From NCBI GenBank assembly GCA_040954595.2, contig CM082587.2, forward strand, positions 8,437,403 to 8,501,402: a DNA stretch of 64,000 nt. The letters are read 5' to 3'. Shown here in pieces: positions 1 through 13,356 of the stretch (position 1 is its first letter; each line of letters begins with the position of its first letter). Origin of the DNA: Balanoglossus misakiensis. Its lineage: Eukaryota > Animalia > Hemichordata. The notes below the pieces were generated by a model that ran no database searches, was not told where the DNA came from, and worked only from the letters and a program-made list of their open reading frames with translations. The position numbers were made by a program, and so were the translations under genes.

Positions 1-195
1 TGTTTGATGCAAGATACTATTTATGTTATTCTACATGTGGATATATAGTGAATGAACATTCAACCAAACACAACTTCCATCCCATTTTTAGCATATGAGA
101 GTAAAAATCTCGCCCAAATGAATAAATGGTAAACACTGATTATTCATTTTGGCGAGTTTTTGGCGTGTTTACAAGTGGGATGGAAGTTGTGTGTG
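1..195. mobile_element. MITE family A, partial copy
   Basis: Colinear with 45777-45975 (tgtttgat..ttatgttattctacatgtggata..cttccatccc..atctcgcc.aaatgaataaatggtaaa..gggatggaagttgtgtgt). Confidence 0.75.
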
Positions 196-396
196 GAAAC
201 TGTTTTCTGAACAATATATGTAATGTAAAATTTTGATCATTGAAAGCAAACAGTTGGGCAAAATACCCAAATGCAAAATAATTCAAAGATAACATATTTT
301 GACATGATAGGGACTGAGATCACTTTTCTAAATTTTGCAGAGATATAAGTTGTAAGAACTGTAATCCAGAGGGTAGGGCTATATATAGTGAAGTAC

Positions 397-3300
397 CTGA
401 AGTCTAAACCAGTCTAGACGAAGTCCTCGGAAATCAAACAGTTCTCCTTCTTCAACTGTAAGACAAAAACAGTGGTTTTAGCAGAGGATAGTGACAAGAT
501 GAAGAAACATGTTAAAGGTTGACGATCGTCTTCTGCACATGTGCCAAACCAGAGACTCTGGTTACAAAAATTGCATATAGTCAGTGCCTTATGGCAGTGT
601 GCTGTCCTAACAACAGACAAGATGGCGGCGACCATAGTCTGTGTCAGAGATTGGGAAAAGACAGCAAACTGGGTGAAAAGAAGGGACAAAACTAGTCTAC
701 TTAATGGTGTGCATGAAATATGGAAGGCAGCGAAGGCAGTCCACTATTTGAATGCATCGAACGCACAATTTTCAGAACATTTGGATTGAACGCAGTGTTC
801 TCTCTAACATGGGTTCCTGTATTGCAAAAGCTTACCTTGTTTGACACTGAGTGATTGAATATCGCCGACAAATGATGACAACATGAAAGATTCATCTTCT
901 GGACACACTGCTAAACTCTGTAAAGAGAGACGGACATAAAGCTCAGTTGACCTCATTTGCATGTGACCTTTCACCCAAAGAATTCATGACTCGCTCCTGT
1001 ATGGTAACATACAACCTGTAACATTGCCCAACTTCTAGTTGTCAATGTAGAAACTGAGTTAGAGATCATTTTATGTCTTACTAAATATTAATGCTTCAGG
1101 CCTTAGGACAACTCATGAATGCAAACTTTTTATGTGAAAAATGCTATATTTTGACATGGATGTGAATAGATACAAAAGATATGAATGAAACCTCAATATG
1201 AGCACCTTAGCACCCAAATTTTGAAATGAAAAGACTGGTTAAAATCACATTTTTTTGGTTCTGTTCATCAGCTCTTGTTTTCTTGTTCTACACCCCTGAA
1301 CCAAGTTAAAGGTATACAGTCACCTCTAATTTACATATGCCCATATATGGCTGAAATGGCGTATTTAAGCATTCTAAAGAACATATTGTGGGGCTCTTTT
1401 TTTCGCATGTGCCACCCACTGAAAATCTGTGGTTGGCTAGAAGATCTCAATTTGCTACGGTAACTATAGCTAATTTTTCATAGGTAACCATATAGCTTTA
1501 ATACAGCCACTGTCATGTCTGTCAAACACATTTCTGTATAGGAAAGCATTGCTTTTGAAGACACTGTACTGTAGTGCAGACTACAAATTTCAATCATTGC
1601 CGATAACAATGCAAACTACAAACATACAGACAGAGTTGGCAAGTTGAATATTTCCGCATGCTTCAAAATTCTAGTAAATGTACCATAAAAGACAGATAAC
1701 AAACAATAATTCAATAATGATCCACAGTTACCGATACTGTCAGTTTTATGGAATTTTGTATATTGTTGCGGTGTTGACAGGTTGTATGGTAACAACAGGA
1801 TTTGCTTGGTCGCGAAGACCCATTGTACAACTGAGATCAGCACACATGACAAACACAAATCTATAGAGGGTGAAAGGAATGGTGATTGTGTGTAATTAAC
1901 AAAGAACAGATGGGTGATCCAGTGCACAGAGGATGTTACAGACCCTTTAACCCAGGAGAAACACACAAAATGCAACAAAAGATGTTATCAAAGGAAAATA
2001 CATTAGGATCCAAACAAGACTGTCTTCCAGTCTGATTATTTGTCATGGGGGAATATCAATCTGATTCTTACTAGCAACAGAAAGAATGATTTCAATTTAA
2101 TCCGAATTCAAAAGATCAATGTCAGAAGAAGGTTGTTCAAAACTGCTTTAAAAATGTTTTCCATAAAAAAAATTGTCAAAATCTTGAATAAATGCTGGAT
2201 AAAATGATAAAAAAATATCAAGCATCTCATATGATCAAACAAGGCCATGCTAACAATCAGAGTCAAGACTGATTTAAAGAAAAAATTTACAAAAAATAAC
2301 CGTGATATAGAAAATGGAAAAAAGAGAGCAACAGGACAAGAACACCAAATAAAAGCCAAATGAAGTCCACACTGAATCACAAACAAAATCGAATTGAGTC
2401 CGTATCATGCAATTGACACTGACCTTTTGTGAATTCTGACAATTAACAAATTTAATTTTGTGTTTTATAATTCAAACCAACAAAAATAATAAGATTTGAG
2501 GGGACCAAGAACTTCAAGAACACAAATTAGAAATGAAAGTGAAAGTCTACTTGAAAAACAAAAATCCAAAATTTCTTTCAAAAATTACAGTGAAGGAAAC
2601 TTAGCAATAAACCTCTGCCATGAAAGGGTAGAATATTAGTATAAAATCAAATGATTATTTTACTTTGCAAATTGTGTTTGTTTATATCTGTTGCAATGTA
2701 TAATAATAGGAACTGGTAAAACCATGCAGTACTGTCTACCACAAACTAGCATTCTTTTTTTCTTTTCAGAGTTGTAACTTGGTATGATGATGTAACTAAT
2801 ACCTTTCGCCTCCATTTGACATCCTTTTCAATCAAGGATTTGGAATCAAAAGATCAAACAGTCAGAGTCAGTGATGGATTGTGAAAAAAATTGGAAATGA
2901 CAGACATTGCAATGATTTTTTCATATAACGTCACCATTTATACAGAAAACTTGCTGAGTAACACACATGACTGTAGTGAACATTGATTAGCATAAAAAAG
3001 CAAACATGAGGCAAAGATAGTTAGTTGTAAGAACATGTCGCGAAATCAACAAATGACAATAATCACATGGAATGTTTTCAAAACTCAAAACCAGTTAACA
3101 ATTTAATGACCTCTGCATGATCACACATCCCAGCATATTCAAAATTGAGCCAGCAAACTTGATGGGATCGTTAACAAAACAACTATGACTTCAATGTATA
3201 TATATGACACATTTTATTCTTTTGGAACATACTATAAAACGGGATTATTTTCGCGAGCAATAAATTTTCGCGAAATATCCTACCCTGTCTTTCCCATTTT

Positions 3301-6300
3301 ACACAATTGAAATGTCAAGGAGATAATTTCACAAGAAATATTGTATTCATAACATTTCCTGTGTGAATTATCCTATGGCAGAGATTGGACTTTGAAAGTC
3401 TTGTACATGTACATACCTGCACTGTATTATTTAGAACAATAGCGTCAAAGCCAGCAAGATACTGTATGTAATATCTCTGTAACACCTGGTTATATTTTCG
3501 AACCAATGCTAAATAAAGAACAGAGCAAACACGTGTTAGTAATAATGTCTACAAGGATGTACGATTGGTTATTAAAATTAACAATATTGCTGTCTTCTAA
3601 TTGTGAATTTTTGGATTCTCTTCCAAATCTGTATAAACATGTGTGGGGTCACTGTGTTTAGTTTATGAAAGTGACAGCCATGAAATTTAGTTGATAGAGT
3701 CAGCATTTTTCAGCAATGTTCAAAATAAGCCTGTTTTTATGTATGTACTAAATTTGTGTGGTGTTTCTAAAGGGACAACCTTCTGGATTTTTGGAGATGT
3801 GTGAGAAGTTAGTTCCGAGTTAAGAATGGATCGACTGTGAATAAAGTAACTAGCTGTATAATTTGATGGTAATATGAAGGTACCTCTTAATTCCTCCATA
3901 TGAAACAAGAGCTCTGGCAACTGTCTGTCTTCAAAGTCATCTGCATTGGGTCTGGCTTTTGTGCGTGGCAATGGTGCCTCATAATGACGTACTAACCACT
4001 GCACTTCATCGCGTGCAAAGGACAAAGCCATGAACACATACAACACCTGCAAAGACAACAAAGTTGACAGAACTGAAATACTCTAAAACACTTTATTTTC
4101 GCGACTTAAAATGTTCGCGATATCGAGAGAGGCCACTGTTTCGCGAGTATTAATTTTCGCGTTCTCTTATTTCATTCACTGCTTTATTTCATTCACTGTA
4201 ATCTTCAAAACAAATTTACTCGACTTTTTATTTTCACGCTATTTTGGCTCTCGCGTATTTCGCGAAAATTTATTGCTCCCGAAAATAAAGTGCTTTACAG
4301 TACACAACGAATCTCAATGGTATTCACTAAAATTTCAGAAGATTTTTTTCATTGTAACAATATTCACAATTAACATGATTCATATTGTAGTACTTGCAAA
4401 ACGCTAGACTCTCTCACAGCCCACGGTTCACTACAAGGCTCTTCACTGACGCACCCTCAATCGTTTAGAAGCCCCATATGGTGTTGGGTGGCGAACCTTT
4501 TGCCCGGCACACATGCAATCAGACAATAAGCCTGCATGGACGGCGAGAGGGGCTGTGAGAGAGTCTAGCAAATCACAGTAAAACCTTGTTTTACCTTGGG
4601 GCCAAGTAATCCTGGCTGGTCTGTCAGTATCAGTGATAATTCTTTCAATGCTGTTCTCAAATATTTTCTCCTCTCTCTTCGTATCGGCCCCCTGTTCAAA
4701 TATTAGAGAAATATACATTGTATATTGAATTCCATACTAACCAATATACCAGTATTTTATGTCAAAACTACAACACTAACACGAGTTTGAATTAAAGGCC
4801 TTGCTCAACAGTGGGTCAAATCTTTTGTTTCCAATAAACCATTACATACTAACACAAAGGCTTTCTTGTTTGCCTTCATTGTACTGCCCTGGGATCGAGG
4901 AAAAGGCCTTTAAGTGATGCTGTTATGACTGACAAAGAGGCATCCGATATCAAATGACGTCAGGTGTGCTTAGGCACAGTTATGTTGGCATTCAAATTTC
5001 CAGATGACGGGCAACTTCAGCAACGTGGTGCAAGACAAAGGCTGTGCAGACGAAACAACATGAGGCTGATGAGGCAATATGCCTAACACATATTACGTGC
5101 TTGGAGATTCTAAAGTAAAAACATACTCGGAAAAACTTTTACAGGATGCTGAAATATTGCTTGCCCGTCATCTGGAAATGACAACGCCGTGGGTCACATG
5201 GCCAGATCACGTGATTGATAGTAAAGAATAGCACGTGTTTATTACTTTGGATGATAGTCTGGTCCCCTTCCCCATTTCTATTTAGTAGAAGGTGAATTTT
5301 ATGTATAAGCATAGTCAATCAGAGTCCAATATCGCTTTGCATTATTGGCCTCCATGTACACCCCTTCCCGTTTGCATAGTTATTGGACTCTGATACTGAG
5401 AATTATTCAATTACAGAATTCCACAGAATACATCAGTTCTGTGGATGTAGAATAATGCAAAAATAAACAGAGAGAATGCATACAATATTGCAAAGACACA
5501 CAGAATGAATAACTCACGCTGTAGTGATGGCTTGTGAACAACATTCCTTGACCAGTGAAACCAATTTGCTTGTCCTGTTTAGAAAGAAAAAACATGAGAA
5601 GTGATTGGTTGAAAAGTTCCACGGTTGAAAGATAAAACTTGTACTGATTCCCCCTTTACAATATACAATGTATTTTTCACCCTCATACCACTAACAGCTT
5701 GTCAAAACTTGAAGATTGGTCATGATTTCAAATTACACAAACTGGGCCTTAAAAATCTGTAAAAAATAATGTACCGTACTTGCCCGGGTAAGAGCCCCGG
5801 GTGCTGGGCCCATAGATTAGCGAAAAAACAGGGGGGGGGCTTTAGCCCGGACGCAACCTCGACATTTATGCAAATGAGGGCCTTAGACGTCGACGGACGG
5901 ACGCACGTAAATACATCTATCTTTATGTGTAGTTTTCTGAACAAAATGATGCATCGGCATCGTGGCAATCATGCCTTTCTCTACCGGAATTTTTGAGTGG
6001 TTCATTCTCCGAGTCCAAGTCGGGATCTTCCAATGTTGGGTGTTTCGCGTCGAGGACGGACTGGGGCTTTAGACCGGATATGACCTCGATCTTCAAATGG
6101 GCCCTAAAACCAGGGGGGGCGTTTGTCCGAGCAGGGGTTCTTACCCGGGCAAGTACGGTATAACTTACCCTTTGATGGATTCTAACAAACTTTCCAGATG
6201 TTTGTGGTGAATGAGAACTTCATCACGGAATAGTGTTATACACCACCCACTTTGCAATGCTTGGCGTAATAATTCTATTTGGGGTGTTCCCAGTGCCAGC

Positions 6301-9300
6301 TTAGCATAACATAACATGAACCCAACTACAAACGAATGAAAAACAACTGTTTAGTATTCTGGGTTGAACAGGTGTCTATGCACTACAAGTTTGATCACTT
6401 TCAACAATGTAGGGCTTATTTTCAGTACTTTTGTTTCGTGTAACAAATGGAATTTTTGCTAAATCCAATCGACATGCTGTTATCCCGTAGTCCGCATAGC
6501 ATGTATGTATGTGTAATGGCACCCACTGTTATTTGTTGTCAAATGAATTCTATCCCAGACTAAAATTCATATTTTGCACATAACAGTGCTGGCTATACAC
6601 ATGAAGGCTGTGTTGTGAAACTGAATGCTGGGCATTTCATCATGCTTCACAGATTTAGACAGGAAACTGCAGTTCGCAACTTCTCTTTCTGACACTGGTT
6701 CGTTAAGGAAATGACACTGATATGCCACAAAATCAATTGTTGATATAATATAATAGCAATAACCCCCGCCTCAATCGGGTATACACTCGATTTGGGTACA
6801 ATTCGCTCCATATAGCACTTGCCTAACGGCTCGTGCTATATGTCTCGAATTGTACTTAAAACTTGTGTATACCCCGCCCGTGGTTATTGTTTAATTACTT
6901 ACTAACAATCCAGCGTTCCATCACATCCAGTGATAAATATTCACATGGCATCTAACAAAGACAAACCAAACAAATGTAAAAGGCTTTAAAGAGACAAAAT
7001 AATTTCTAACATCCGATAGAGCAAAGTGGTTGAGAATTCCAAGTCAGTTAAATGAACTAGCAGTGATAAACAGTGTGCCCTCTAACAAAATTTTCAAAAG
7101 CTCTGAGTCAATTTGAGAAGTTTTAAACATTTCTCCGACTCTCAGTGAGACGTATACGTTTGCATGTATACGTACTAAGCCTAGAACACTGGACTGCTAA
7201 ACCTTGAATGGCTAGGGATGTTTGTGGCATACTTACAGTGTCACATTGGGCAGGGTTTAACATATGAGCTGGTGTTGTCACAAGACTCAGCATATTGTGT
7301 TGTCTCCATTTGTCAGCCGTCAGATTCCTCCTTGGATAAACTAGTTGCAACGATGTCAGTGCATTGACCACAAGCTGCAATGTGAAAGTATCTTTAATTC
7401 AGTATCAATTAACATCTCCTAAAATTTACAGCTGAGAATTTTGACAGCACCTTCACGAGTTGGGTGGTTTTGCTGCATTGCAAACTCAGTCAACTTGGAT
7501 GATTCTTAACCTACTGAGGTAGCTGTTTCAGTGTGTTTATGCAATCAACATTCAACCACACACACCTTCCATTCACTTGTAGACACACAAGTGAAAAAAC
7601 TCGCAAAATTGAATAAATCGGTCTCTACCAATTATTCATATTGGGCGAGTTTTTACTCTCATATCTTACAAACAGGATGGAAGTTGTGTGGTTGGACGTT
7701 CATTGAAACTTAATAAATGGAGAAAGGTCAGCGAGAGAGAGACTTTGTCCCTTTAACATCTGTCTTGACAGGCTAAGGAACAGCAAATGGTATTGCAATA
7801 CCAGTACTACTACACAGCTCTAAAATACACAGGCAATGGAATGATTACTTCAGATTGTGTCTATCTGAATTTTAACTTTGAATTTGTTGGTCAATATGAC
7901 ACCTTATCCCATAGCAATGCTTGTTACACAGAAAACTTGGTCAACTTGACTATGATGATACTTACAGTGCTGTGAGGCACAAACTCTTCACAAAGTTTTT
8001 TCAAAGGATGTTCATAGTCGATAATCATTTGACCTAGTCTTGGAAAATGTGAGTCACTGCAATAAAATAGGTATTAAATATCATCTCATTCTTTACACCA
8101 TCACACAAATAGTCACATTTACTTTTGATCAATTTATTCTCATTTATATTGAAATATTGCAGAAAAGCCCTAGTTGAAGTGGTGACTTAAAATCATCTGC
8201 CAATTTCCTCAAATCTACAAGTAGCTTATTTATAACAAAATTTTTGATAAGCCTTATTTGTAAATGGGGCATGAAATCTTGTGAGACATTGTGTTACTGT
8301 CAGGGAGCAATTTCAAATGGCAGCTTTGGGGCAGTTGTGTAGCCCCATGATTCCCCTTGACGATTTTTGTTTAGGACGGGGAGTGGTGGGGCTACAGATC
8401 CGACCCGCTCCAAAGTGCATAACAGCGACTGAGAAATCAGTCGGAGCAAATTGGAAGCATACTTCCATAGTCTCCCAGAAAGTGCACAGCCATGAATTGG
8501 CAAAAGGGAAAATTGAGAGAGAATTCATGGGTACATGTACGTGGTAACCATGAGTTGAAACCCACACAACCTCAAATCAATCAACTATGTCCCGACAATT
8601 TCTTTAGTGAAGACATCAACGTTTATAATGACCAGAACAGTCGTTCTTTCAGATACTTGTTGAGCTCTGACACTTTGCTCATCTTCAAAACTGACTGTTG
8701 TTTGTGATTGCAGAACGCATTGTACGCTACATCTCACCTATTGCCATGCACCATTTCATAGGCATAGTTGTATAGTCCCAACACTGCCTTTCTATCTTCG
8801 ACCCGAGCAAGTAACAACATCAGTGTGGTGTATGTCACTGTTAAGTCCAAGTAGCCTTTTGTTACATCAAAGTTTGTTGTCTGTAAATACAAAATGTCAA
8901 GCATCTTTAGGGTTTCGAGACCCTCTGGTCTCGAAACCCTCTTGAAATCGTGTTGTTTTTTATTATTATTATTATTATTATTCTTCTTCCCACTCTTAAA
9001 AACAGCCGCTATTCGAAGACCGTTGCACCCAATGACTTGAAATTTGGCTCATAGGTAAAACTCAAAGCAAGTAATTTTCTGATCATGTAACTATGGCAAC
9101 AGGTCACATGACCTGGCAGCCATCTTGGATTGAAAGTTTAAAATTGATCTCATTTGCATAAAAAATGACGAATCAAAATTCTGTGAACAAACTTTGTGGA
9201 CCATATGGCCAGGGTCCTATATGCAAAATTTCAATGTTCAAGTCTTTGCCGATTTTGAGGAGATGATTTTTAAAGCATTATTTTTCATATTTTTCAAGAC

Positions 9301-12300
9301 CATTGGACCCAGCCTTAGGCCTATACTTTCCATAGTTAAGCTATGGCCACCTAGGATCTTAGATTTATGCCCAATATCTCAACATCCGCTGGGCTGATCA
9401 GCTTCAAATTTATTGTGCAGCTAGCCTACCTTCCAACAATCAGTTCCAACTGAAAAAATAATATGAAAAATCGACGGATTTTTTTATATTAATTTTTTTA
9501 TGAAATCTATACGTATTCCACTATAGTTAAGCTATGGCCAAGTCGTTTTGTAGAATTCTGGTTGGTGCAAGAGTCCTTTCGGCCAGTGTGCAGCATAGGA
9601 CCACAATAAGAAGCCAAATTAATTCAAGGGTCACCTGTGACACCTGCCTAACTCATTAATTATGTGCATACCTAATTCCAGGCAAACCAATAGGGCTACA
9701 GGTCTGATTTTTGTTGGACATGGACTAGTATGGGGTCAAATTATCCCCCCAAATTTGGGGTGACCTTTGGTGACCTTTGACCTACTTCCTCATATCTGGG
9801 CATCCAGAGCAGGTACAGCTTAGGTGTTTGGGTGGATGGTACCAAAATAAGAAGCCAAAATTTAGGGTCACCTGTGACACCTGCCTAACTCATTAATTAT
9901 GTGCATACCTAATTCTAGGCGAACCAAGGGGGCTACAGGTCTGGTGATTGTTGGATATGTACCACTATGGGGTCAAATTGTTTTGCCCAAATTTTGGGTG
10001 ACCTCGGGTGACCTTTGACCTACTTCCTCATATCTCGGCATCTAGAGCAGGTACAGCTTAGGTGTTTGCGTGGATGGTACCAAAATAAGAAGCCAAAATT
10101 TAGGGTCACCTGTGACACCTGCCTAACTCATTAATTATGTGCGTACCTAATTCCAGGCAAACCAACAGGGCTACAGGTCTGTTTTTTGTTAAAATGGACC
10201 ACTATAGCATCAACATTCTCTGCTCATATTTAGCGTGACCTCACGTAACCTTTGACCTACTTTCCCAAATCTCAGCATCCACAGCACCTATGCCCTTGGC
10301 ATTTGGCATGATAGAACAACTAATGCAGTCCTTCACCCTGCCTAATTCAATAGGCACATATCTATCTCCAGGCAAACCAATAGGGCTAGTAGTGTCTCGA
10401 AACCCGCTTATTGCTGTTCACAGCTATATTTAACATATATGTTATCTATTCATACATCTGAAAGCAGAGATTAATATGCAAAGACAAACTGGAATTCAAA
10501 GAATCAATTAATAATATCAAAATACACAGTATACTATCACCCAACCAGTGTCTGTTCCAACTAAACCACCAGTTCAGCAATGTCAGAGTTAAAGGTATGC
10601 AGTCGCCTATGCAAATATAGGTACAGTTACCATGGCAAATTGAGATCTACCCAATCACAGATTTTCAGTGGGTGGCACATGCAACAAAAAAGAGCGCCAC
10701 CATATCTTCTTTAGAACCTACAAATACGCCATTTCTGACATATATGGGCATATGTAAATTGGAGGTGACCGTATACCTTTAAAGCCAAGTATAATTTGCC
10801 AGTCTGTCAGCAAAAGGCTAGGCAAGTCATAAAACTTACTATCCCATGAACCTGGACAGTGAAAAAGATCTATTCTAACACTCTCCGTAACACCACCCAT
10901 ACATGCAAGACAACTGCTTTCATCCATACATTAGTACTTACGATATCAAAGTGAACCCCACATGCATCCATTGTGGTCAACAGTTCTTGTGCATGATCCT
11001 GTAAAATATCCAGCAACATCATGTGTTAGATGGGAAACAAACCAACTTCTCTGTAAAATACTTGGCTAATTCACTGGGGAAAAAAATTTCACTTTTATTT
11101 GTTGCAGCAGTACAATAACGTCAAATTGAAACTCTTCATTAATCACATGTCTATAATTAATCTCACCTTGAAATCCAATAAATCCACAAACGTGAAGTAG
11201 TAAAGAGACAATGATTTCACAATCTCATTTTTAATATTTGTCACTGGAGCTAACTCTTTCTGTAAATTTAAAATATAAAAAGAAACGGTCATTAATAAAA
11301 GAGCAAAGAGCAGCTGAGAGTGCTAACAACAGATATTTTACGTTTGTAAAAATGAAATTGTTTTTTGCATTAACCCTAACGCTGTCAAGTCAGTTGAAAC
11401 TGGTTTGATTTCCAGGGTGACTAGAATCCTGGCACCCAGGCCTGTTAGACCACATCCAGTTTGCGAGGACTTCAAACAAGCATGAAACTAGTCACGGAAA
11501 AAGATTCGGAACAGCAGGCTGATAGACAATTCACCATTATCCGAACCAAATTTGTAAACGATATCCATTCAATACTTACATGGTTACTCTTGTCCACATT
11601 AGGGAATTTTCTAACAATAAATTTGATGCTGCTCTCCAAAGATCTGTCAGAAAGGAATGATGGCTTGGACTTGGAATCTTGACATGCCTACAAATATTGA
11701 AAGAGTATAACTTAATACTCAAAACTGAAGCTATTGAAGAAGAATAATGCAAAGCACTATACCTGCAGCATTTGCGGGTAAAAAAGATCTTGACATTCAA
11801 TTGGAAAAGTTAATCTACAAAGTCAATGCAAATGACTGGAGTTGATGTAACATTTGCAATAAAAAAATACATTTACTCAATGACTCGAGTCACAGATACT
11901 GTCTAAGTATTGTTTACCAAGATTGACATAACTGACATTCACCAAAAAAAAAAAGTTACCATAAGTATTAACTAGTTTGAAAGAAAATGTTATACTTCAG
12001 TTTGGCTATATGTTATGTTTTTAAAATAAATCAACATATTTAGATCAATAAATTTACTTATTTTAGCTTTGCCTAATATCCAGCACTTGCAACTCCAGCA
12101 GAGCGTGGTTTGGTGAATGGGCGTGGCTTGGGCTTCACATCGTCAAAACTTAGCCACAGAATAAAACTGCATTTGTTCTCAAAGGTGTAGGAGAATGAGA
12201 TGCAGTAACAATTTGGCCTGGATATGTGTAATTTGTTATAATAAAAGTCAGCCAAGCAATGCAATCGCTTTTAATTCCACTAGGGTCATGTACCAGACTA

Positions 12301-12678
12301 CTACACTCTGTGTACAAACAAACTACAAACGAAACATCGAAAAAATGTCAGCAGAGTCAGGTCTGTACACAGTATTGTATTTTTTTAAATCGACATTAAC
12401 ATGGGAAATTCGCTAATTGTGGGGCTAAGATTGATGACGTTCCGGCTGAAATAGAAAGCTGGTACACGTAAATGTATATTCGTTGTTAGTGTTTATCTTG
12501 TTGTTACAGTCTGAGCTAAACTTCCGGGTACACGGGTGTCATTTCTGGCAAAATATAAAACTCAAACCTTTACCTTCTTTATATTATAGATCCTGGTTAG
12601 CATACCCACTCCTCTGTCGTTGATGATAGTTAGCTTTTCAGCTAACTTCTGCTGCGATTGCATCATAGATCGCGACAT
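397..12678 (-). CDS. NCKAP1: Nck-associated protein 1 (Hem-2/Nap1, WAVE regulatory complex); 5' part, about 497 codons in window, continues beyond left edge
   Basis: 15 phase-consistent GT-AG exons: 12574-12678 ([35 protein letters not shown]), 11580-11687, 11167-11259, 10942-10998, 8738-8880, 7966-8056, 7237-7374 ([12 protein letters not shown]), 6903-6951 (MPCEYLSLD), 6169-6325, 5518-5574, 4595-4691 (DQPGLLGPK), 3884-4046 ([12 protein letters not shown]), 3417-3508, 836-917, 397-455 ([14 protein letters not shown]). The translation tracks vertebrate NCKAP1 closely. Confidence 0.96.
1306..1500. mobile_element. MITE family B copy
   Basis: ttaaaggtatacagtcacctc...cataggtaaccatatagctttaa, colinear with 44222-44417. 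Confidence 0.8.
4079..4302. mobile_element. TA-flanked MITE (TACTGTA/TACAGTA termini, TCGCGA-rich)
   Basis: tactctaaaacactttattttcgcga...cgaaaataaagtgctttacagta. Related ends at about 3230-3275, 25530-25571 and 48150-48200. Confidence 0.7.
5774..6158. mobile_element. Tc1/mariner-type MITE, TA TSD
   Basis: TA|CCGTACTTGCCCGGGTAAGA...TCTTACCCGGGCAAGTACGG|TA. It ends 10 bp from an NCKAP1 splice donor. Confidence 0.85.
6750..6895. repeat. Palindromic hairpin element (Crypton-like non-autonomous, tentative)
   Basis: caataacc..ggtatacac..gtacaattcg..catatagcac | gtgctatatg..cgaattgtac..gtgtatacc..ggttattg, an imperfect long inverted repeat. Confidence 0.55.
7530..7756. mobile_element. MITE family A, partial copy
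   Basis: Ends gagagagagactttgtccctttaa with the family core. Confidence 0.7.
8906..10430 (+). mobile_element. Helentron-associated non-autonomous element (HINE/DINE-1-like) with internal about 240-bp tandem repeats
   Basis: 5' tttAGGGTTTCGAGAC..GTCTCGAAACCCT hairpin, then an (ATT)n microsatellite. 3' subTIR GTCTCGAAACCC followed by stem-loop ATTGCTGTTCACAGCTAT and a T tail. About three tandem units start near 9601, 9842 and 10081. Confidence 0.75.
10589..10782. mobile_element. MITE family B copy (opposite orientation)
   Basis: ttaaaggtatgcagtcgcctatg...ggaggtgaccgtatacctttaa. Confidence 0.8.
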
Positions 12679-13169
12679 TTTTACTCTTCTTTCCGGCGCA
12701 GTGGCCCACAAACCGAGGAACGATGGCCTTCGGTGTCCTCAGATAATTTTTTGAAGCTCTTCCCTTCCTGTTGGTTTGGAGTATGCGCAGTACAATGCAT
12801 TCCCATAATTCCCCAAAATCAAAGAAATTGTTCACGTTGAGGGCGTGCTGCGGGGAAGGCTGTACTATCACATCACAGGGGGGACAAAGAACGTGCAGGT
12901 GGACAGCTCCCACTCCACCTGGTCAACACAGGAATCTAAAACTACGTTGTAAAACCAAACCAAACTGGCCAAACATTGATGGTATTATGTTGTTTCTAAA
13001 GTTCTGGGGCTGCACCATTCTTGGTGGCATGGTATGTACTGTAGCATCAGTTATGACAGTCTCTACAGCCTCAGGCATTGTCACTTCTGTCCCTATTTCG
13101 TCTTCAAACTGTCTTCATAATACTCCCAATAAAACAAAAAGTTTCATTGCATAATCAACCTTGTGTATA

Positions 13170-13356
13170 CATGTTTCCCAGCTAATTTGCATTTTTTGGC
13201 AACTTCATTTGAACAAACTCCCATCTACAGGCCCGCCTGCATCTACACACCAAATATCGAGGTGATACGCGCAGCGGTTTTCAAGTTGTTGATGTGGACG
13301 GACATACAGACATACATCCATACAGACGGAACTGATTCCTAAAGGTCCCATGGTAT
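13170..13356. repeat. Interspersed repeat shared with 39190-39380 (inverted); HINE-like fragment
   Basis: gctaatttgcat..tttgaacaaactcccatctacag..cctgcatctacacaccaaatatcgagg..gtggacggacatacagacatacatcca matches the reverse complement of 39190-39380. Confidence 0.7.

Noticed and set aside
9600-10300. Regularly spaced repeats resembling a CRISPR array
   Set aside because: The whole 240-bp unit is repeated with no unique spacers, the context is a eukaryotic intron, and there are no cas genes.
11756-11790. Possible recursive splice site (cag|gtatag on minus) in NCKAP1 intron 1
   Set aside because: Weak donor and polypyrimidine tract in a short intron; expected by chance.
12073-12160. Short minus [20 protein letters not shown] as a possible alternative NCKAP1 exon
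   Set aside because: No convincing splice sites, ends in a stop, and exons 1 and 2 already join in frame. The GCCACGCCC is more likely an Sp/KLF site.
12771-13154. 127-aa plus-strand ORF and codon-like minus frame upstream of NCKAP1
   Set aside because: No recognisable domain or exon structure; may be a decayed TE fragment and cannot be supported.
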